A stretch of 64,000 bases of DNA from Nitrospirota bacterium (GTDB lineage Bacteria; Nitrospirota; UBA9217): positions 1,504,001 through 1,568,000 of the forward strand of contig CAVUCU010000001.1 of NCBI GenBank assembly GCA_963740085.1, in the 5' to 3' direction. This document shows, in pieces, positions 45,077 to 58,273 of the stretch (position 1 is its first letter; the number at the start of each line of letters is the position of its first letter). The notes beneath the pieces are model-generated. The model was not told where the DNA came from. It saw nothing but the letters and a program-made list of their open reading frames with translations, and did no database searches. A program made the position numbers and the translations under genes.

Positions 45077-45648
45077 CCCTCTTGTACCTCCTCGTATCCG
45101 CGCTTCACCGCGGCGAGATTTCCATCAATGATCTTCTGCGCAAACTTCTTTCCAAAGCTGCCCTTCACATCATCGAGCAGGACGTCCATGGTTACGATGC
45201 TCGTGGCCTTGTTCAACGCGCCGAGCATGCACGAGTTCGGCATTGGCCTGCCGATGGTCTCGACCGCGATCTTGGACGCGTCAACGGTGAAGACCTTCTG
45301 CGTCGGTTTGGCTTTCAGTTTCGCCCGCACCTCTTTCGGGTCCTTGCCCGTGTTGATGATGAATATGGCATTGTCCGTCGCGCCTTCGGCAACATTGATC
45401 GCGTCGAGGAGCGTTGCGTCCACCACAGCAACCACGCCCGGATTCAGCACCGGGCAGTGCATCCGGAGTATCTTCTCGCTGATCCTGTTGTAGGCTTTCA
45501 GCGGCGCACCGGCGCGCTCCGGTCCGTATTCCGGGAAGGCCTGGACGTTGCGGCCACCGCTCAAACATGCATCGGCGAGCACCTTTGCTGCGGTCACGGT
45601 ACCTTGACCGCCCCGGCCGTGCCATCGTATCTCTATCATTTCTGCCAT
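45073..45648 (-). CDS. porC: Pyruvate/2-oxoacid:ferredoxin oxidoreductase gamma subunit
   Basis: [25 protein letters not shown]. Confidence 0.92.
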   Translation of the reverse strand: MAEMIEIRWHGRGGQGTVTAAKVLADACLSGGRNVQAFPEYGPERAGAPLKAYNRISEKILRMHCPVLNPGVVAVVDATLLDAINVAEGATDNAIFIINTGKDPKEVRAKLKAKPTQKVFTVDASKIAVETIGRPMPNSCMLGALNKATSIVTMDVLLDDVKGSFGKKFAQKIIDGNLAAVKRGYEEVQEG

Positions 45649-45674
45649 AGCTTTAACCTCCACAAAAAGAATAC

Positions 45675-45808
45675 AAATCCGAAATTCTAATATCTAAATT
45701 CGGAATAAATACAAATAACCGATTATCGAAACTCAAACTGGTTTGGAATCGTCGCTACGTTGAATTTTGATATTGTTTCGGATTTAGATATTCGTGCTTC
45801 GTGCTTTC
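45675..45808. repeat. Inverted tandem heptamer element (AAATCC-type)
   Basis: aaatccg aaattct aatatct aaattcg ... gtttcg gatttag atattcg tgcttcg tgcttt. Confidence 0.88.
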
Positions 45809-45810
45809 CC

Positions 45811-46413
45811 TTACATTTCCCGCCGGCCTTCAAGCGCCCGCAGGACCGTATTCTCGTCCGCATACTCGATGTCCCCGCCCACCGGAAGGCCGTAGGCGAT
45901 GCGGCTGACGCCGATACCGAGGGGCTTGATCAACTTCGAAAGGTAGAGGGCCGTGGTCTCGCCCTTTACCGTGGGGTTCGTCGCGATGATGACTTCTTTG
46001 ACCGCACCGTTCTTAAGCCGGTCCATCAGGCCGTCGATCTTGAGGTCTTCCGGACCGATCCCGTCGAGCGGAGAGAGAGCGCCCATCAGTGCATGATAAC
46101 GGCCCCGGAAAATGCCGCTCTTTTCGAGGACCAGGATGTTGCTCGGCTCCTCCACCACACAGATGCGGGAGCTGTCTCGTCTCTCGTCGCGGCAAACGAC
46201 GCAGATTTCATCCTCGGTGATATTATTACAAACCGTGCAATAGCGACTGTTGTTCTTGAGGTCCAGGATGGCCTGCGCGATCCGCATGGCCTCTTCCCGC
46301 GGCATGCCGAGCACGGCGAAGGCGAGACGTTCGGCGCTCTTTCTGCCGATGCCGGGGAGCATCATGAACGCTTCGACCATCCTGCCGAGCGTCTTGCCGG
46401 ACACCTCGGCCAC
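45811..46413 (-). CDS. recR: Recombination mediator RecR
   Basis: LPGIGRKSAER, CTVC..C..C zinc finger, LSPLDGIGP, IAYGLPVG; start uncertain (GTG 46413 or 46482). Confidence 0.95.
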   Translation of the reverse strand: MAEVSGKTLGRMVEAFMMLPGIGRKSAERLAFAVLGMPREEAMRIAQAILDLKNNSRYCTVCNNITEDEICVVCRDERRDSSRICVVEEPSNILVLEKSGIFRGRYHALMGALSPLDGIGPEDLKIDGLMDRLKNGAVKEVIIATNPTVKGETTALYLSKLIKPLGIGVSRIAYGLPVGGDIEYADENTVLRALEGRREM

Positions 46414-46509
46414 CTGTGCGCCGGCCTTCCCCTGCCGCCTTGCGACCGAGAGGACCTGAGACGTTATCCCGTGTTCTTTCACCGTCGCCTTTACCCTGTA
46501 TCATGATCA

Positions 46510-46566
46510 ATTGCGGCTTGCTGCGGAATGAATAAAAATCAGAAATCGACGATCCTGAACCGCAAT
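46510..46566. repeat. Degenerate inverted heptamer element (TTGCGG / CCGCAA)
   Basis: attgcggcttgctgcggaatg ... aaatcagaaatcgacgatcctgaaccgcaat. Confidence 0.45.
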
Positions 46567-46568
46567 CT

Positions 46569-46889
46569 CTATATCAGCCCCGGCGGGAGCCCCATGCCGG
46601 AGGTGAGCTTCGCCATCTCATCCTTCATCAGGTCCTGTGACTTTCGAAGCGCCTCGTTCACCGCGGCCGTAACCAGGTCCTGAAGCATATCAATGTCTTT
46701 CGGGTCAACCACCGAGGGGTCTATCTTGATCGAAAGAACTTCCTGACGTCCGTTCGCGGCCACGGTTACCATGCCGCCGCCCGAGGATGCCTCCACGGTC
46801 TTGCCCGCCGCCTCTTCCTGGAGCTTTTTTACACGCTCCTGCATCTGCTGGGCCTGCTTCATGAGATTTCCGATGATGTTTTTTGACAT
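46569..46889 (-). CDS. ybaB: Nucleoid-associated protein YbaB/EbfC
   Basis: MKQAQQMQ, SGGGMV, DMLQDLV.AAVNEA; between dnaX and recR. Confidence 0.95.
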   Translation of the reverse strand: MSKNIIGNLMKQAQQMQERVKKLQEEAAGKTVEASSGGGMVTVAANGRQEVLSIKIDPSVVDPKDIDMLQDLVTAAVNEALRKSQDLMKDEMAKLTSGMGLPPGLI

Positions 46890-47142
46890 TGAGCGCCTTT
46901 TGGGTTCCTAAAAATGATGAATCGGGTAAACCCCTTTTGAGAACGGGTTCTTCGACGTTGCGTTGTGCTGCAATCCGTTGATATATGATGCCAATCACGC
47001 CATGGCGTGACGACCTTCTTTACCGGGATAATAGGAAGAACATAATAAAAGAATTATTACGGTTTTGCAACTAAAATTGCGAGGTTAATGATTATATAAA
47101 AAAAATAAATGTGTGGCCGGGGTAAGTGGTGGTCCTTCTTCT

Positions 47143-48780
47143 TCACTCGCGGAAATGGTCCTGGTCGATCACCTCGCCCTCTGTGAAGACCTTGAGCACC
47201 TCCTGCACTGCCGGATCCTGATCGTCAGGTCTGCCTTTTTTCTGCGTTGTTTTTGTGCCAGGCTGCAACGTTGCCGGGAGAAGGCGGAACTTTACGCTCA
47301 ATTTTTTGTCCAGGATTCCGGCGGAGATCTCTTCGATCAGGATCCGGTTCTCCGGTTTTTCAACGAGCGCCATCTGAAAACCATTGCCCTGCACGCCGAC
47401 AATGATCTGGTTCTCCGTCATCTCGAGAAGCCTGCTGTGCCTCAGCGCCGAGGCAAGCCCAGGTTTTTTCGATCCCAGAACTGTCATAATGCTGCCCCAG
47501 ATGTCACCCTGTTCACCCTCCGCTCGCGCTGCAGGCTGCGCAGAGGCCGCCAGCGGCTTCGCCCGGTATTCCGCAGGCCGCTCGCTGACTCGATGTGCGG
47601 CGGATACTGCCGGCGGTTCCGGTATTCTGCCTGAGGCAAGCCGCGCTTCAAGCTCCTTCATCCTCCCGAGCACTTCACCCAGGGGCTCGAGCGGTGCGAG
47701 ACTGCATGCTTTTATAAGACCGATCTCGATCGTAAAGCGCTGGTGGGGCGACCAGCGCATGTCCTCAAGGGTCCTGGACAGGCTGTCGAAGAGCATCAGA
47801 AGGTTCTCTGATTCAGCGTCCCCGGCCTGCTGTTTGATCGCCTCAAGGTCCGCGGCAGGAAGCTCAACGATCCGCCCGGGATCGGTCGCGATCTTCACGA
47901 TCATGAGGTTCCTCAGGTGCTCAACAACGCCCGCCAGGAATTGGCGCATGTCCTGCCCCTGCTCCAGCAAGGCATCCACCTGTTTGAGCAGTCCCGCGGC
48001 GTCCCGTGATAAGAGTCCTGATGTGAATTGTAAAAGAGATGCCTGCGCAACGGAACCAAGGATGGCCTGAAGGTCTTCGTCCCGGATCTCCATGCCGCTA
48101 TACGAAACCGCCTGGTCCAGGAGGCTTTGCGAATCCCGCATGCTTCCTTCAGCGGCCCGGGCGATCAAGGCAAGCCCCTGGTCGGTTATGGTGATTCCCT
48201 CGGCAGTGGCGATCTTGCGGAGACGCTCGATGATGTCGTGGAGCGCGACCCGCTTGAAACCGTAGCGTTGACATCGGGAATGGATCGTCGCGGGAATCTT
48301 CTGGGGTTCCGTGGTCGCAAAGATAAAGAGGACGTGGGGCGGCGGCTCTTCGAGGGTCTTGAGCAGCGCATTAAAGGCCTCGTTCGTGAGCATATGGACC
48401 TCGTCGATCACGTAGACCTTGTACTTGCCGGCCACGGGCGCGTATTTTACGGCCTCACGCAGCTCGCGAATATTTTCTATGCCCCGGTTTGATGCCCCGT
48501 CGATCTCAATGACGTCTACGGAGGTGCCGGCTGTGGTCTCCAGACACGAATCACACTTGCCGCAGGGGGTCGGGGTCGGCCCTTCAATGCAGTTCAGCGC
48601 CTTGGCAAGGATGCGTGCTGTCGTCGTCTTGCCCACACCACGCGGCCCCGAGAACAGGAAGGCATGGGCCAACCGGTTGGTGACAATGGCGTTCTGGAGC
48701 GTCCGCGTGATGTGTGTCTGACCCACCACGTCATCAAATACCTGCGGCCTCCATTTTCTTGCCAGAACCTGGTAGCTCAT
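47143..48780 (-). CDS. dnaX: DNA polymerase III subunit gamma/tau
   Basis: YQVLARKWRP, GPRGVGKTT, IDEVHML, SRCQ. Confidence 0.97.
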   Translation of the reverse strand: MSYQVLARKWRPQVFDDVVGQTHITRTLQNAIVTNRLAHAFLFSGPRGVGKTTTARILAKALNCIEGPTPTPCGKCDSCLETTAGTSVDVIEIDGASNRGIENIRELREAVKYAPVAGKYKVYVIDEVHMLTNEAFNALLKTLEEPPPHVLFIFATTEPQKIPATIHSRCQRYGFKRVALHDIIERLRKIATAEGITITDQGLALIARAAEGSMRDSQSLLDQAVSYSGMEIRDEDLQAILGSVAQASLLQFTSGLLSRDAAGLLKQVDALLEQGQDMRQFLAGVVEHLRNLMIVKIATDPGRIVELPAADLEAIKQQAGDAESENLLMLFDSLSRTLEDMRWSPHQRFTIEIGLIKACSLAPLEPLGEVLGRMKELEARLASGRIPEPPAVSAAHRVSERPAEYRAKPLAASAQPAARAEGEQGDIWGSIMTVLGSKKPGLASALRHSRLLEMTENQIIVGVQGNGFQMALVEKPENRILIEEISAGILDKKLSVKFRLLPATLQPGTKTTQKKGRPDDQDPAVQEVLKVFTEGEVIDQDHFRE

Positions 48781-48808
48781 AGAATCCTCGTCACGTCAAA
48801 AAAATAAA

Positions 48809-48923
48809 AGCTCACAAACCCGGGCTTCCCTGCGGCACACCCGGAACCCGTTTACCGCTGCTTCCTTCCGGACCTGACGGGGTTCACGGGACCGTGATTG
48901 CGCAGGACCCGGGCTCATGAGCG
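48809..48923 (-). ncRNA. ffs: Signal recognition particle RNA (4.5S)
   Basis: Minus strand GTCAGGTCCGGAAGGAAGCAGC within a long hairpin; upstream of dnaX. Confidence 0.96.
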
Positions 48924-48931
48924 CTACTTTA

Positions 48932-49021
48932 CGAGTCTTATGGGTCCATCGAGTTTATGGAGTCTAATGAGCGTTAATTCTTTTACTCGTCAGACCCGCC
49001 ACCCGTGAGACTCTTAAGACT
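48932..49021. repeat. GAGTC/GACTC 9-mer inverted element, copy 1
   Basis: gagtcttatgggtccatcgagtttatggagtctaatgag ... tactcgtcagacccgccacccgtgagactcttaagact. Confidence 0.9.
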
Positions 49022-49031
49022 GGTTTCAATA

Positions 49032-49119
49032 TGGCGGAGAGGGTGGGGTTCGAACCCACGTTAAGTTTCCCTAAACACGCTTTCCAAGCGTGCGCCTTCA
49101 GCCGCTCGGCCACCTCTCC
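49032..49119 (-). tRNA. tRNA-Ser(GGA)
   Basis: GGAGAGGTGGCCGAGCGG...CTTGGAAAG..., long variable arm, CCA. Confidence 0.95.
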
Positions 49120-49129
49120 GGTTTGCTTC

Positions 49130-49217
49130 AGTCTGTTGAGTCCATTGCGTTTATAGAGTCTAACGAGTTTTAATATCCTTTACTCGTCAGACTCACCACT
49201 CGCTAAGACTCTTCACT
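49130..49217. repeat. GAGTC/GACTC 9-mer inverted element, copy 2
   Basis: agtctgttgagtccattgcgtttatagagtctaacgag ... tactcgtcagactcaccactcgctaagactctt. Confidence 0.9.
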
Positions 49218-49229
49218 ATCGAAAGATCA

Positions 49230-49320
49230 TGGCGGAGAGGGGGGGATTTGAACCCCCGGTGGAGTTACCCCCACAACAGTTTTCGAGACTGCCGCCTTCA
49301 GCCAGCTCGGCCACCTCTCC
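49230..49320 (-). tRNA. tRNA-Ser(CGA)
   Basis: GGAGAGGTGGCCGAG...GTCTCGAAAAC..., long variable arm, CCA. Confidence 0.95.
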
Positions 49321-49330
49321 GGATTGCTGC

Positions 49331-49418
49331 GGTCTGTTGAGTCCATCGAGTGCGGAAGGTCTAAAGAGTTTCGATTCCCTTACTCTTCAGACCCTGAACG
49401 TATGAGACTCCTCAGACC
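49331..49418. repeat. GAGTC/GACTC 9-mer inverted element, copy 3
   Basis: ggtctgttgagtccatcgagtgcggaaggtctaaagag ... tactcttcagaccctgaacgtatgagactcctcagacc. Confidence 0.88.
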
Positions 49419-49885
49419 TTCTCTCGTCGTTTTTCAAAAAACCCGGAGAGCACCTGACGGCATTCGGCCTCGAGCACTTCCGGCATGATTCGGTACACAT
49501 GATTCAACCTGCTGTCACGCACCACATCATACACGGACCCGAGTGCGCCGGCCTTGCGGTCCCGGCAGCCGTAGACCAGTCTGTTGACCCGCGCGAGCAC
49601 CAACGCGCCCGCACACATGAGGCAGGGTTCGAGGGTCACATACAGTGTTGCGTCAGTAAGGCGCCACCGGCCAAGCCTCGTCGAGGCCTCGCGGAGAACG
49701 ATCAATTCTGCATGGGCCGTAGGATCCTGCCAGGTCTCGCGCATATTGTGCGCCCTTGCGATGACCTCGCCACCGAGAACGAGCACCGCGCCTACCGGGG
49801 TTTCACCGCACGCAGCGGCCTTTTCGGCCTCGGCCAGCGCCAGGCGCATAAAATCTTCGTCGGTCCTGTTCTCTGGTCGGTTCAT
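49412..49885 (-). CDS. tadA: tRNA adenosine(34) deaminase
   Basis: TAHAE, TLEPCLMCAGA. Confidence 0.95.
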   Translation of the reverse strand: MNRPENRTDEDFMRLALAEAEKAAACGETPVGAVLVLGGEVIARAHNMRETWQDPTAHAELIVLREASTRLGRWRLTDATLYVTLEPCLMCAGALVLARVNRLVYGCRDRKAGALGSVYDVVRDSRLNHVYRIMPEVLEAECRQVLSGFFEKRREKV

Positions 49886-49897
49886 CTTTTTTTAATA

Positions 49898-49974
49898 TGG
49901 TGCGCCCAAGAGGATTCGAACCTCTGGCCTACGGATTCGTAGTCCGTTGCTCTATCCAGCTGAGCTATGGGCGC
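49898..49974 (-). tRNA. tRNA-Arg(ACG)
   Basis: GCGCCCATAGCTCAGCTGGATAGAGC..GACTACGAATC..GGTTCGAATCC..ACCA. Confidence 0.96.
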
Positions 49975-50039
49975 AAAATAGAGCGCACAGATGCAGGGCT
50001 GCATCTGTGGACCGTTTTGCCGGGTTGAGCCTGTCGCGA

Positions 50040-50552
50040 CTACTTCGAAACGCCACCCACGAGCCTGATCGCGAGCTTCTCGTGGGGAAACGGATGGACA
50101 TCAGGAAACTTGGAATAAAGCCAGCCTTTCCACTCCTGCTTGCCCGGCTCGGTCACCGCCACCTGCACTGCAGGATTGTTCGGTTTATCGGAAGCCGTGG
50201 TAATTTCCTTCTCGCCCATCTTGAATTCCGGCAGGAACGCAAGAACCTTGATCTTGACCTTCGTGTCCGGAACGGCCAGCTCAGACCCTACGGCCACGGT
50301 ATATTCTTTCGTGTGCTTCGCGACCTTGTCTTCGATAGCGAGCTTTACCGCTGGCCATTTCGCGGCTACTTCTTTCGGAACCGCGACGGTACGGTCTACC
50401 TTCGGCATGTCAGCCGGCATCCCGGAAGGCGGCATCCCTCCCTGCACGCCCGGATGCCCTGGCGGCAACTGCGGCTTCTCCTCTTTTTTCTTACAACCGG
50501 CGACTGAAAACACAAGACCACTGACCAGGATAATTGCTAGAAGCTTCTTCAT
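50040..50552 (-). CDS. Lipoprotein, DUF2155-like
   Basis: Lipobox VAGC, LPPGHP, NNPAVQV, KGWLYSKFPDVHPFPH; GGAGG RBS before ATG 50552. Confidence 0.7.
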   Translation of the reverse strand: MKKLLAIILVSGLVFSVAGCKKKEEKPQLPPGHPGVQGGMPPSGMPADMPKVDRTVAVPKEVAAKWPAVKLAIEDKVAKHTKEYTVAVGSELAVPDTKVKIKVLAFLPEFKMGEKEITTASDKPNNPAVQVAVTEPGKQEWKGWLYSKFPDVHPFPHEKLAIRLVGGVSK

Positions 50553-50642
50553 TGTACGTCCTCCTTCGCTGCTCTTTTTTAATATCACTTACAGGCACTA
50601 TGCCCACTATAGCGTTATGCGTAGTCACGGACAAGATGAAAA

Positions 50643-50732
50643 TGGCGGAGAGGCCGGGATTCGAACCCGGGGTGGAGTCACCCCCACAACTGCTTAGCAG
50701 GCAGCTGCCTTCAGCCGCTCGGCCACCTCTCC
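50643..50732 (-). tRNA. tRNA-Ser(GCT)
   Basis: GGAGAGGTGGCCGAGCGG...GCCTGCTAAGC..., long variable arm, CCA. Confidence 0.95.
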
Positions 50733-50742
50733 GGTTTGCAAC

Positions 50743-50835
50743 GGTCTATTGAGTCTATCGAGTTGATGGAGTCTTAGCGTCTTAGCGTTCTAAATCCTTT
50801 ACTCGTCAGACTCGCCACTCGTAAGACTCTTTACT
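50743..50835. repeat. GAGTC/GACTC 9-mer inverted element, copy 4
   Basis: ggtctattgagtctatcgagttgatggagtcttag ... tactcgtcagactcgccactcgtaagactctt. Confidence 0.9.
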
Positions 50836-50846
50836 ATCGAAAGATC

Positions 50847-50932
<86 letters not shown>

Positions 50933-50944
50933 GGTTGTGTTAAA

Positions 50945-52309
<1,365 letters not shown>

Positions 52310-52336
52310 TTAAGCTAACATTCTCCTTGTACGTTG

Positions 52337-53128
52337 TCAATAACTTTTCTTAATGATCCTGGTTTCAAGCGCGCGGATCTTGATGTGGATGGCCTCCGGG
52401 TTTGTATACACGGGTTCGATTTCCTTGTAGAGCCTGAGCGCTTCGGCCAGATTGTCCTCTGCCTCGAAACAACCGGCAAGGGCGAACTTCGCTTTGATCG
52501 CAAGCTCCTTATCGGTTCCGCTCTCGAGCGTTTTCCGGTAAAACGACTCCGCGTTTTTCAGATCGCCCTTCGCAAAGGCGGCAGTCCCGAGCCGATAGTT
52601 GGCCATCCGTGACTGCGACCCGTTCGGGAATTCCGTCACCTGCCTCATCCAGACATCCCGGGCCTCGTCCCGCTTGCCGAGACGGAACAGGTTGTCAGCG
52701 AGACTATACAGGCTTTTTTCCTTTACCTCGCGGTTCGAATATTCGGCGGCCCTGCGGTATTCTACCGCGGCGCGTTCGTAATCGCTGTACCCGAGTTCGT
52801 AGATCTGGGCAATATACCATTGGGCAGCGGGCGCCATGTCCCGATGAGGATACTGCTTCAAGAGCAGTCTAAATGTCTGGAGCGACTTCTCTGTTTCACC
52901 AAGATAGAGAAACTGCGTTACCCCGGCCCAGTAAAGCGCGTCGTCCGCCCGCGAGCTGGAGGGGTGCTCCTTAACGAGGGCAAAATACAACTTGACCGCA
53001 TTCTGGTAGTCGCCTGCGTTCCAGGATTTGGTCGCCGCCTCAAACTCGTTCTGCGCGGACTTATCAAAAACATCGCATCCGGCCAGCAAGAACATCCCGA
53101 GCAGAAGAACAATCAAACCCTTTTTCAT
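52337..53128 (-). CDS. TPR lipoprotein (BamD/CpoB-like repeats)
   Basis: Lipobox LAGC; repeated TPR motifs ([17 protein letters not shown]). Confidence 0.8.
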   Translation of the reverse strand: MKKGLIVLLLGMFLLAGCDVFDKSAQNEFEAATKSWNAGDYQNAVKLYFALVKEHPSSSRADDALYWAGVTQFLYLGETEKSLQTFRLLLKQYPHRDMAPAAQWYIAQIYELGYSDYERAAVEYRRAAEYSNREVKEKSLYSLADNLFRLGKRDEARDVWMRQVTEFPNGSQSRMANYRLGTAAFAKGDLKNAESFYRKTLESGTDKELAIKAKFALAGCFEAEDNLAEALRLYKEIEPVYTNPEAIHIKIRALETRIIKKSY

Positions 53129-55638
53129 GACGCACTGGTATCCTGGCTATCGGAGCTATGGGACGGTTCCGGTACGCTCTTTTCCGGTACGGCTTCTTTC
53201 TCTTCTTCACGCTCCACGAGTTTGGCAAAGCTGACCACATGGTCGCCCTCTTCGATATCGAAAAGGCGCACACCCTGAGTATTCCGGCCCTGGACCGAGA
53301 TGTCCTTTGCCCGGATGCGCAACACCTTGCCATTCGACGTGATGAGAATGATCTCGTCTTCCGCGGAGACCTGGGCCATGCCGATGACCCGGCCGTTCTT
53401 TTCCGTGATCTTGATCGTGATGATGCCCTTGCCGCCCCTGCCCTGGCTCCGGTAGTCTTCGAGTGTACTTCGTTTTCCGTAGCCGTACTCGGTTGCCGTA
53501 AGGATCGTGGAATCATCCCTGACGATCTCCATGCCCACGACCTCATTGCCTTTATCGAGCCGTATCCCGATCACACCCTTGCCCGTGCGGCCGATCTCTC
53601 GCACATCGGTCTCCGAGAACCGGATCGAAAGACCATCCCGTGTGCCAAGGAACACGTCGCATTTGCCGTCCGTCACCTCGGCCGCGATGAGCTCGTCACC
53701 CTCTTCAAGCGTGATCGCGATGATGCCCGACGGCCGCGGATGGCTGTAGGATTCGAGCTCCGTTTTTTTGATGATGCCCTTTTTGGTCGCCATGAGTATG
53801 AAATGACCAGGCGTAAATTCACGGACCGGGAGCGCTGCCGTGACCCGCTCGTCCCGTCCGATCTGAATAAGGTTTACGATTGCCTTCCCCTTTGCCTGCC
53901 TGCTGGCTTCGGGGATCTGGTGAACCTTGAGCCAATATACCCGGCCTTTGTTCGTGAAAAAAAGGATATAGCTGTGAGCCGTGGCCGTAAAGAGACGTTC
54001 CACAAAGTCTTCTTCTTTGGTCTCCATGCCGATCTTGCCCTTGCCGCCCCGTTTCTGTGCGCGGTAGTTCGTCAGCACGTTTCGCTTGATGTATCCCGCA
54101 TGGGAGATGGTAATAACCATCTCCTCGTCTTTGATCAGGTCTTCGATGTCGATCTCCGAGGTCTGCGCCACAATCTCGGTCCGGCGTACATCGCCATACT
54201 CGGACTTTATGGCAAGCAGCTCGTCCCTGATGATCTTCATCACCAGGCCGCCGGAACCGAGGATCTCGGTCAACTTCGCGATTTCCTTCAGCACCTCTTC
54301 ATATTCTGCAATGATCTTGTCGCGCTCAAGTCCGGTGAGCCGCTGGAGCCGCATCTCAAGGATTGCCTGGGCCTGGATCTCCGAGAGCTTGAACTCACGA
54401 ACAAGCCCTATCCTGGCCTCCTCGGGGTTTGCCGACGCCTTGATCAGCGCGATGACCGCATCGAGGTTATCGAGCGCTATTTTAAGACCCAACAGAATGT
54501 GCGCGCGCTCTTCAGCTTTTCTCAGGTCGAACTTGGTCCTGCGCACCACCACTTCCCGGCGATGCTGAATGAAGTTCGACAGGAGCTTGCGCAGATTCAG
54601 CACACGCGGCTGGTTGTTCACCAGGGCGAGCATGATCACCCCGAAGGTCGACTGCATGGCCGTGTGTTTGAAGAGCTGGTTCAGGATAACCGTCGAGAGC
54701 TCTCCTTTTTTGAGGTCGATCGCGATGCGCATGCCTTCGCGGTCCGACTCATCGCGTATCTCGGCAATGCCCGTGATCTTCTTTTCCTGCACAAGCTCGG
54801 CGATCCGCTCGAGCAATCTTGCCTTGTTAACCTGATAGGGAAGTTCGGTCACGATGATGCTCTCGCGGTCCCCCCTGCCTTCTTCGATCACTGCCCGGGC
54901 CCGCATCTGGATGATTCCACGGCCCGTAAGATAGGTCTGTTTGATCCCTTCATAGCCGTGGATAAATCCGGCTGTCGGGAAATCCGGCCCTTTGATCGCG
55001 GTCATGAGCTCGGGGATCGTGACCTCGGTGTTGTCGATCATCATTACGAGCGCGTCGACAACTTCGGACAGGTTGTGCGGCGGAATATTCGTCGCCATGC
55101 CCACGGCAATGCCGGCAGAACCGTTGATGAGCAGATTCGGCACGCGCGTGGGAAGCACCGACGGCTCGACCGTCGTGTCATCGAAATTCGGGGTAAAGTC
55201 AACCGTCTCCTTGTCGATGTCTGCAAGCAGCTCTTCGGCCAATTTGGTGAGTCGCGCTTCGGTATACCGGTACGCTGCAGCCGGGTCGCCATCAACTGAA
55301 CCGAAATTGCCCTGACCGTCCACCAGCGGATAGCGCATGTTGAAGTCCTGGGCCATCCTGACCATGGTGTCATACACCGCGCTGTCTCCGTGAGGATGGT
55401 ACTTCTTCAGGACCTCGCCCACCACCCCGGCGCTCTTTGAATACTTCCTGTTATGCAGAAGCCCTTCACGGAACATGGCGTAAAGGATCCTGCGATGGAC
55501 GGGTTTCAACCCGTCGCGTACATCCGGAAGGGCCCGCCCCACGATGACGCTCATGGAATAATCGAGGTAGGAGGTTTTCATCTCCTGCTCGATATTGATC
55601 TGTGATTTTATTTCCTGAGGTTCCATAAGTCCGTCCAT
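53125..55638 (-). CDS. gyrA: DNA gyrase subunit A
   Basis: [27 protein letters not shown], GyrA box QKRGGKG; start 55638 or 55626. Confidence 0.98.
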   Translation of the reverse strand: MDGLMEPQEIKSQINIEQEMKTSYLDYSMSVIVGRALPDVRDGLKPVHRRILYAMFREGLLHNRKYSKSAGVVGEVLKKYHPHGDSAVYDTMVRMAQDFNMRYPLVDGQGNFGSVDGDPAAAYRYTEARLTKLAEELLADIDKETVDFTPNFDDTTVEPSVLPTRVPNLLINGSAGIAVGMATNIPPHNLSEVVDALVMMIDNTEVTIPELMTAIKGPDFPTAGFIHGYEGIKQTYLTGRGIIQMRARAVIEEGRGDRESIIVTELPYQVNKARLLERIAELVQEKKITGIAEIRDESDREGMRIAIDLKKGELSTVILNQLFKHTAMQSTFGVIMLALVNNQPRVLNLRKLLSNFIQHRREVVVRRTKFDLRKAEERAHILLGLKIALDNLDAVIALIKASANPEEARIGLVREFKLSEIQAQAILEMRLQRLTGLERDKIIAEYEEVLKEIAKLTEILGSGGLVMKIIRDELLAIKSEYGDVRRTEIVAQTSEIDIEDLIKDEEMVITISHAGYIKRNVLTNYRAQKRGGKGKIGMETKEEDFVERLFTATAHSYILFFTNKGRVYWLKVHQIPEASRQAKGKAIVNLIQIGRDERVTAALPVREFTPGHFILMATKKGIIKKTELESYSHPRPSGIIAITLEEGDELIAAEVTDGKCDVFLGTRDGLSIRFSETDVREIGRTGKGVIGIRLDKGNEVVGMEIVRDDSTILTATEYGYGKRSTLEDYRSQGRGGKGIITIKITEKNGRVIGMAQVSAEDEIILITSNGKVLRIRAKDISVQGRNTQGVRLFDIEEGDHVVSFAKLVEREEEKEAVPEKSVPEPSHSSDSQDTSAS

Positions 55639-55639
55639 T

Positions 55640-55719
55640 GAGCCTTACGAGTCTGATGGGTCTAAAGAGCTGGATTTTAACTCGTTAGACACGTGAGACC
55701 CTTTAGACTCTCGACTCGT
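55640..55719. repeat. GAGTC/GACTC 9-mer inverted element, copy 6
   Basis: gagccttacgagtctgatgggtctaaagag ... ctcgttagacacgtgagaccctttagactctcgactcg. Confidence 0.8.
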
Positions 55720-58146
<2,427 letters not shown>

Positions 58147-58183
58147 TTACCGCACCATGCGGAGCAATCCCTCGCCGAACGAC

Positions 58184-58266
58184 AAACGCTAAATCTGAAA
58201 CTCTAAATCCTAATATATGCAAATGCATCTTGTTGTTTAGGATTTCGTGCTTAGAAATTCGGACTT
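58184..58266. repeat. Inverted tandem heptamer element (AAATCC-type)
   Basis: aaacgct aaatctg aaactct aaatcct aa ... tttag gatttcg tgcttag aaattcg gactt. Confidence 0.88.
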
Positions 58267-58273
58267 GTTATCC

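Noticed and set aside
46414-46482. N-terminal extension of RecR faintly resembling a HypA start
   Set aside because: Too short and weak; more likely an over-extended start call.
47230-47250. dnaX programmed frameshift at an A6G run
   Set aside because: The run reads CAG AAA AAA GGC, not A AAA AAG, and lies near the C-terminus.
52310-52336. T-box or other leader for serS
   Set aside because: Only 27 bp separate serS from the upstream gene.
53158-55299. 713-aa plus-strand ORF, and similar long ORFs such as 28127-29554, 33075-34133 and 55693-56748
   Set aside because: Antisense shadows of well-supported genes (gyrA, iorA, MFS, gyrB) with no recognisable motifs.
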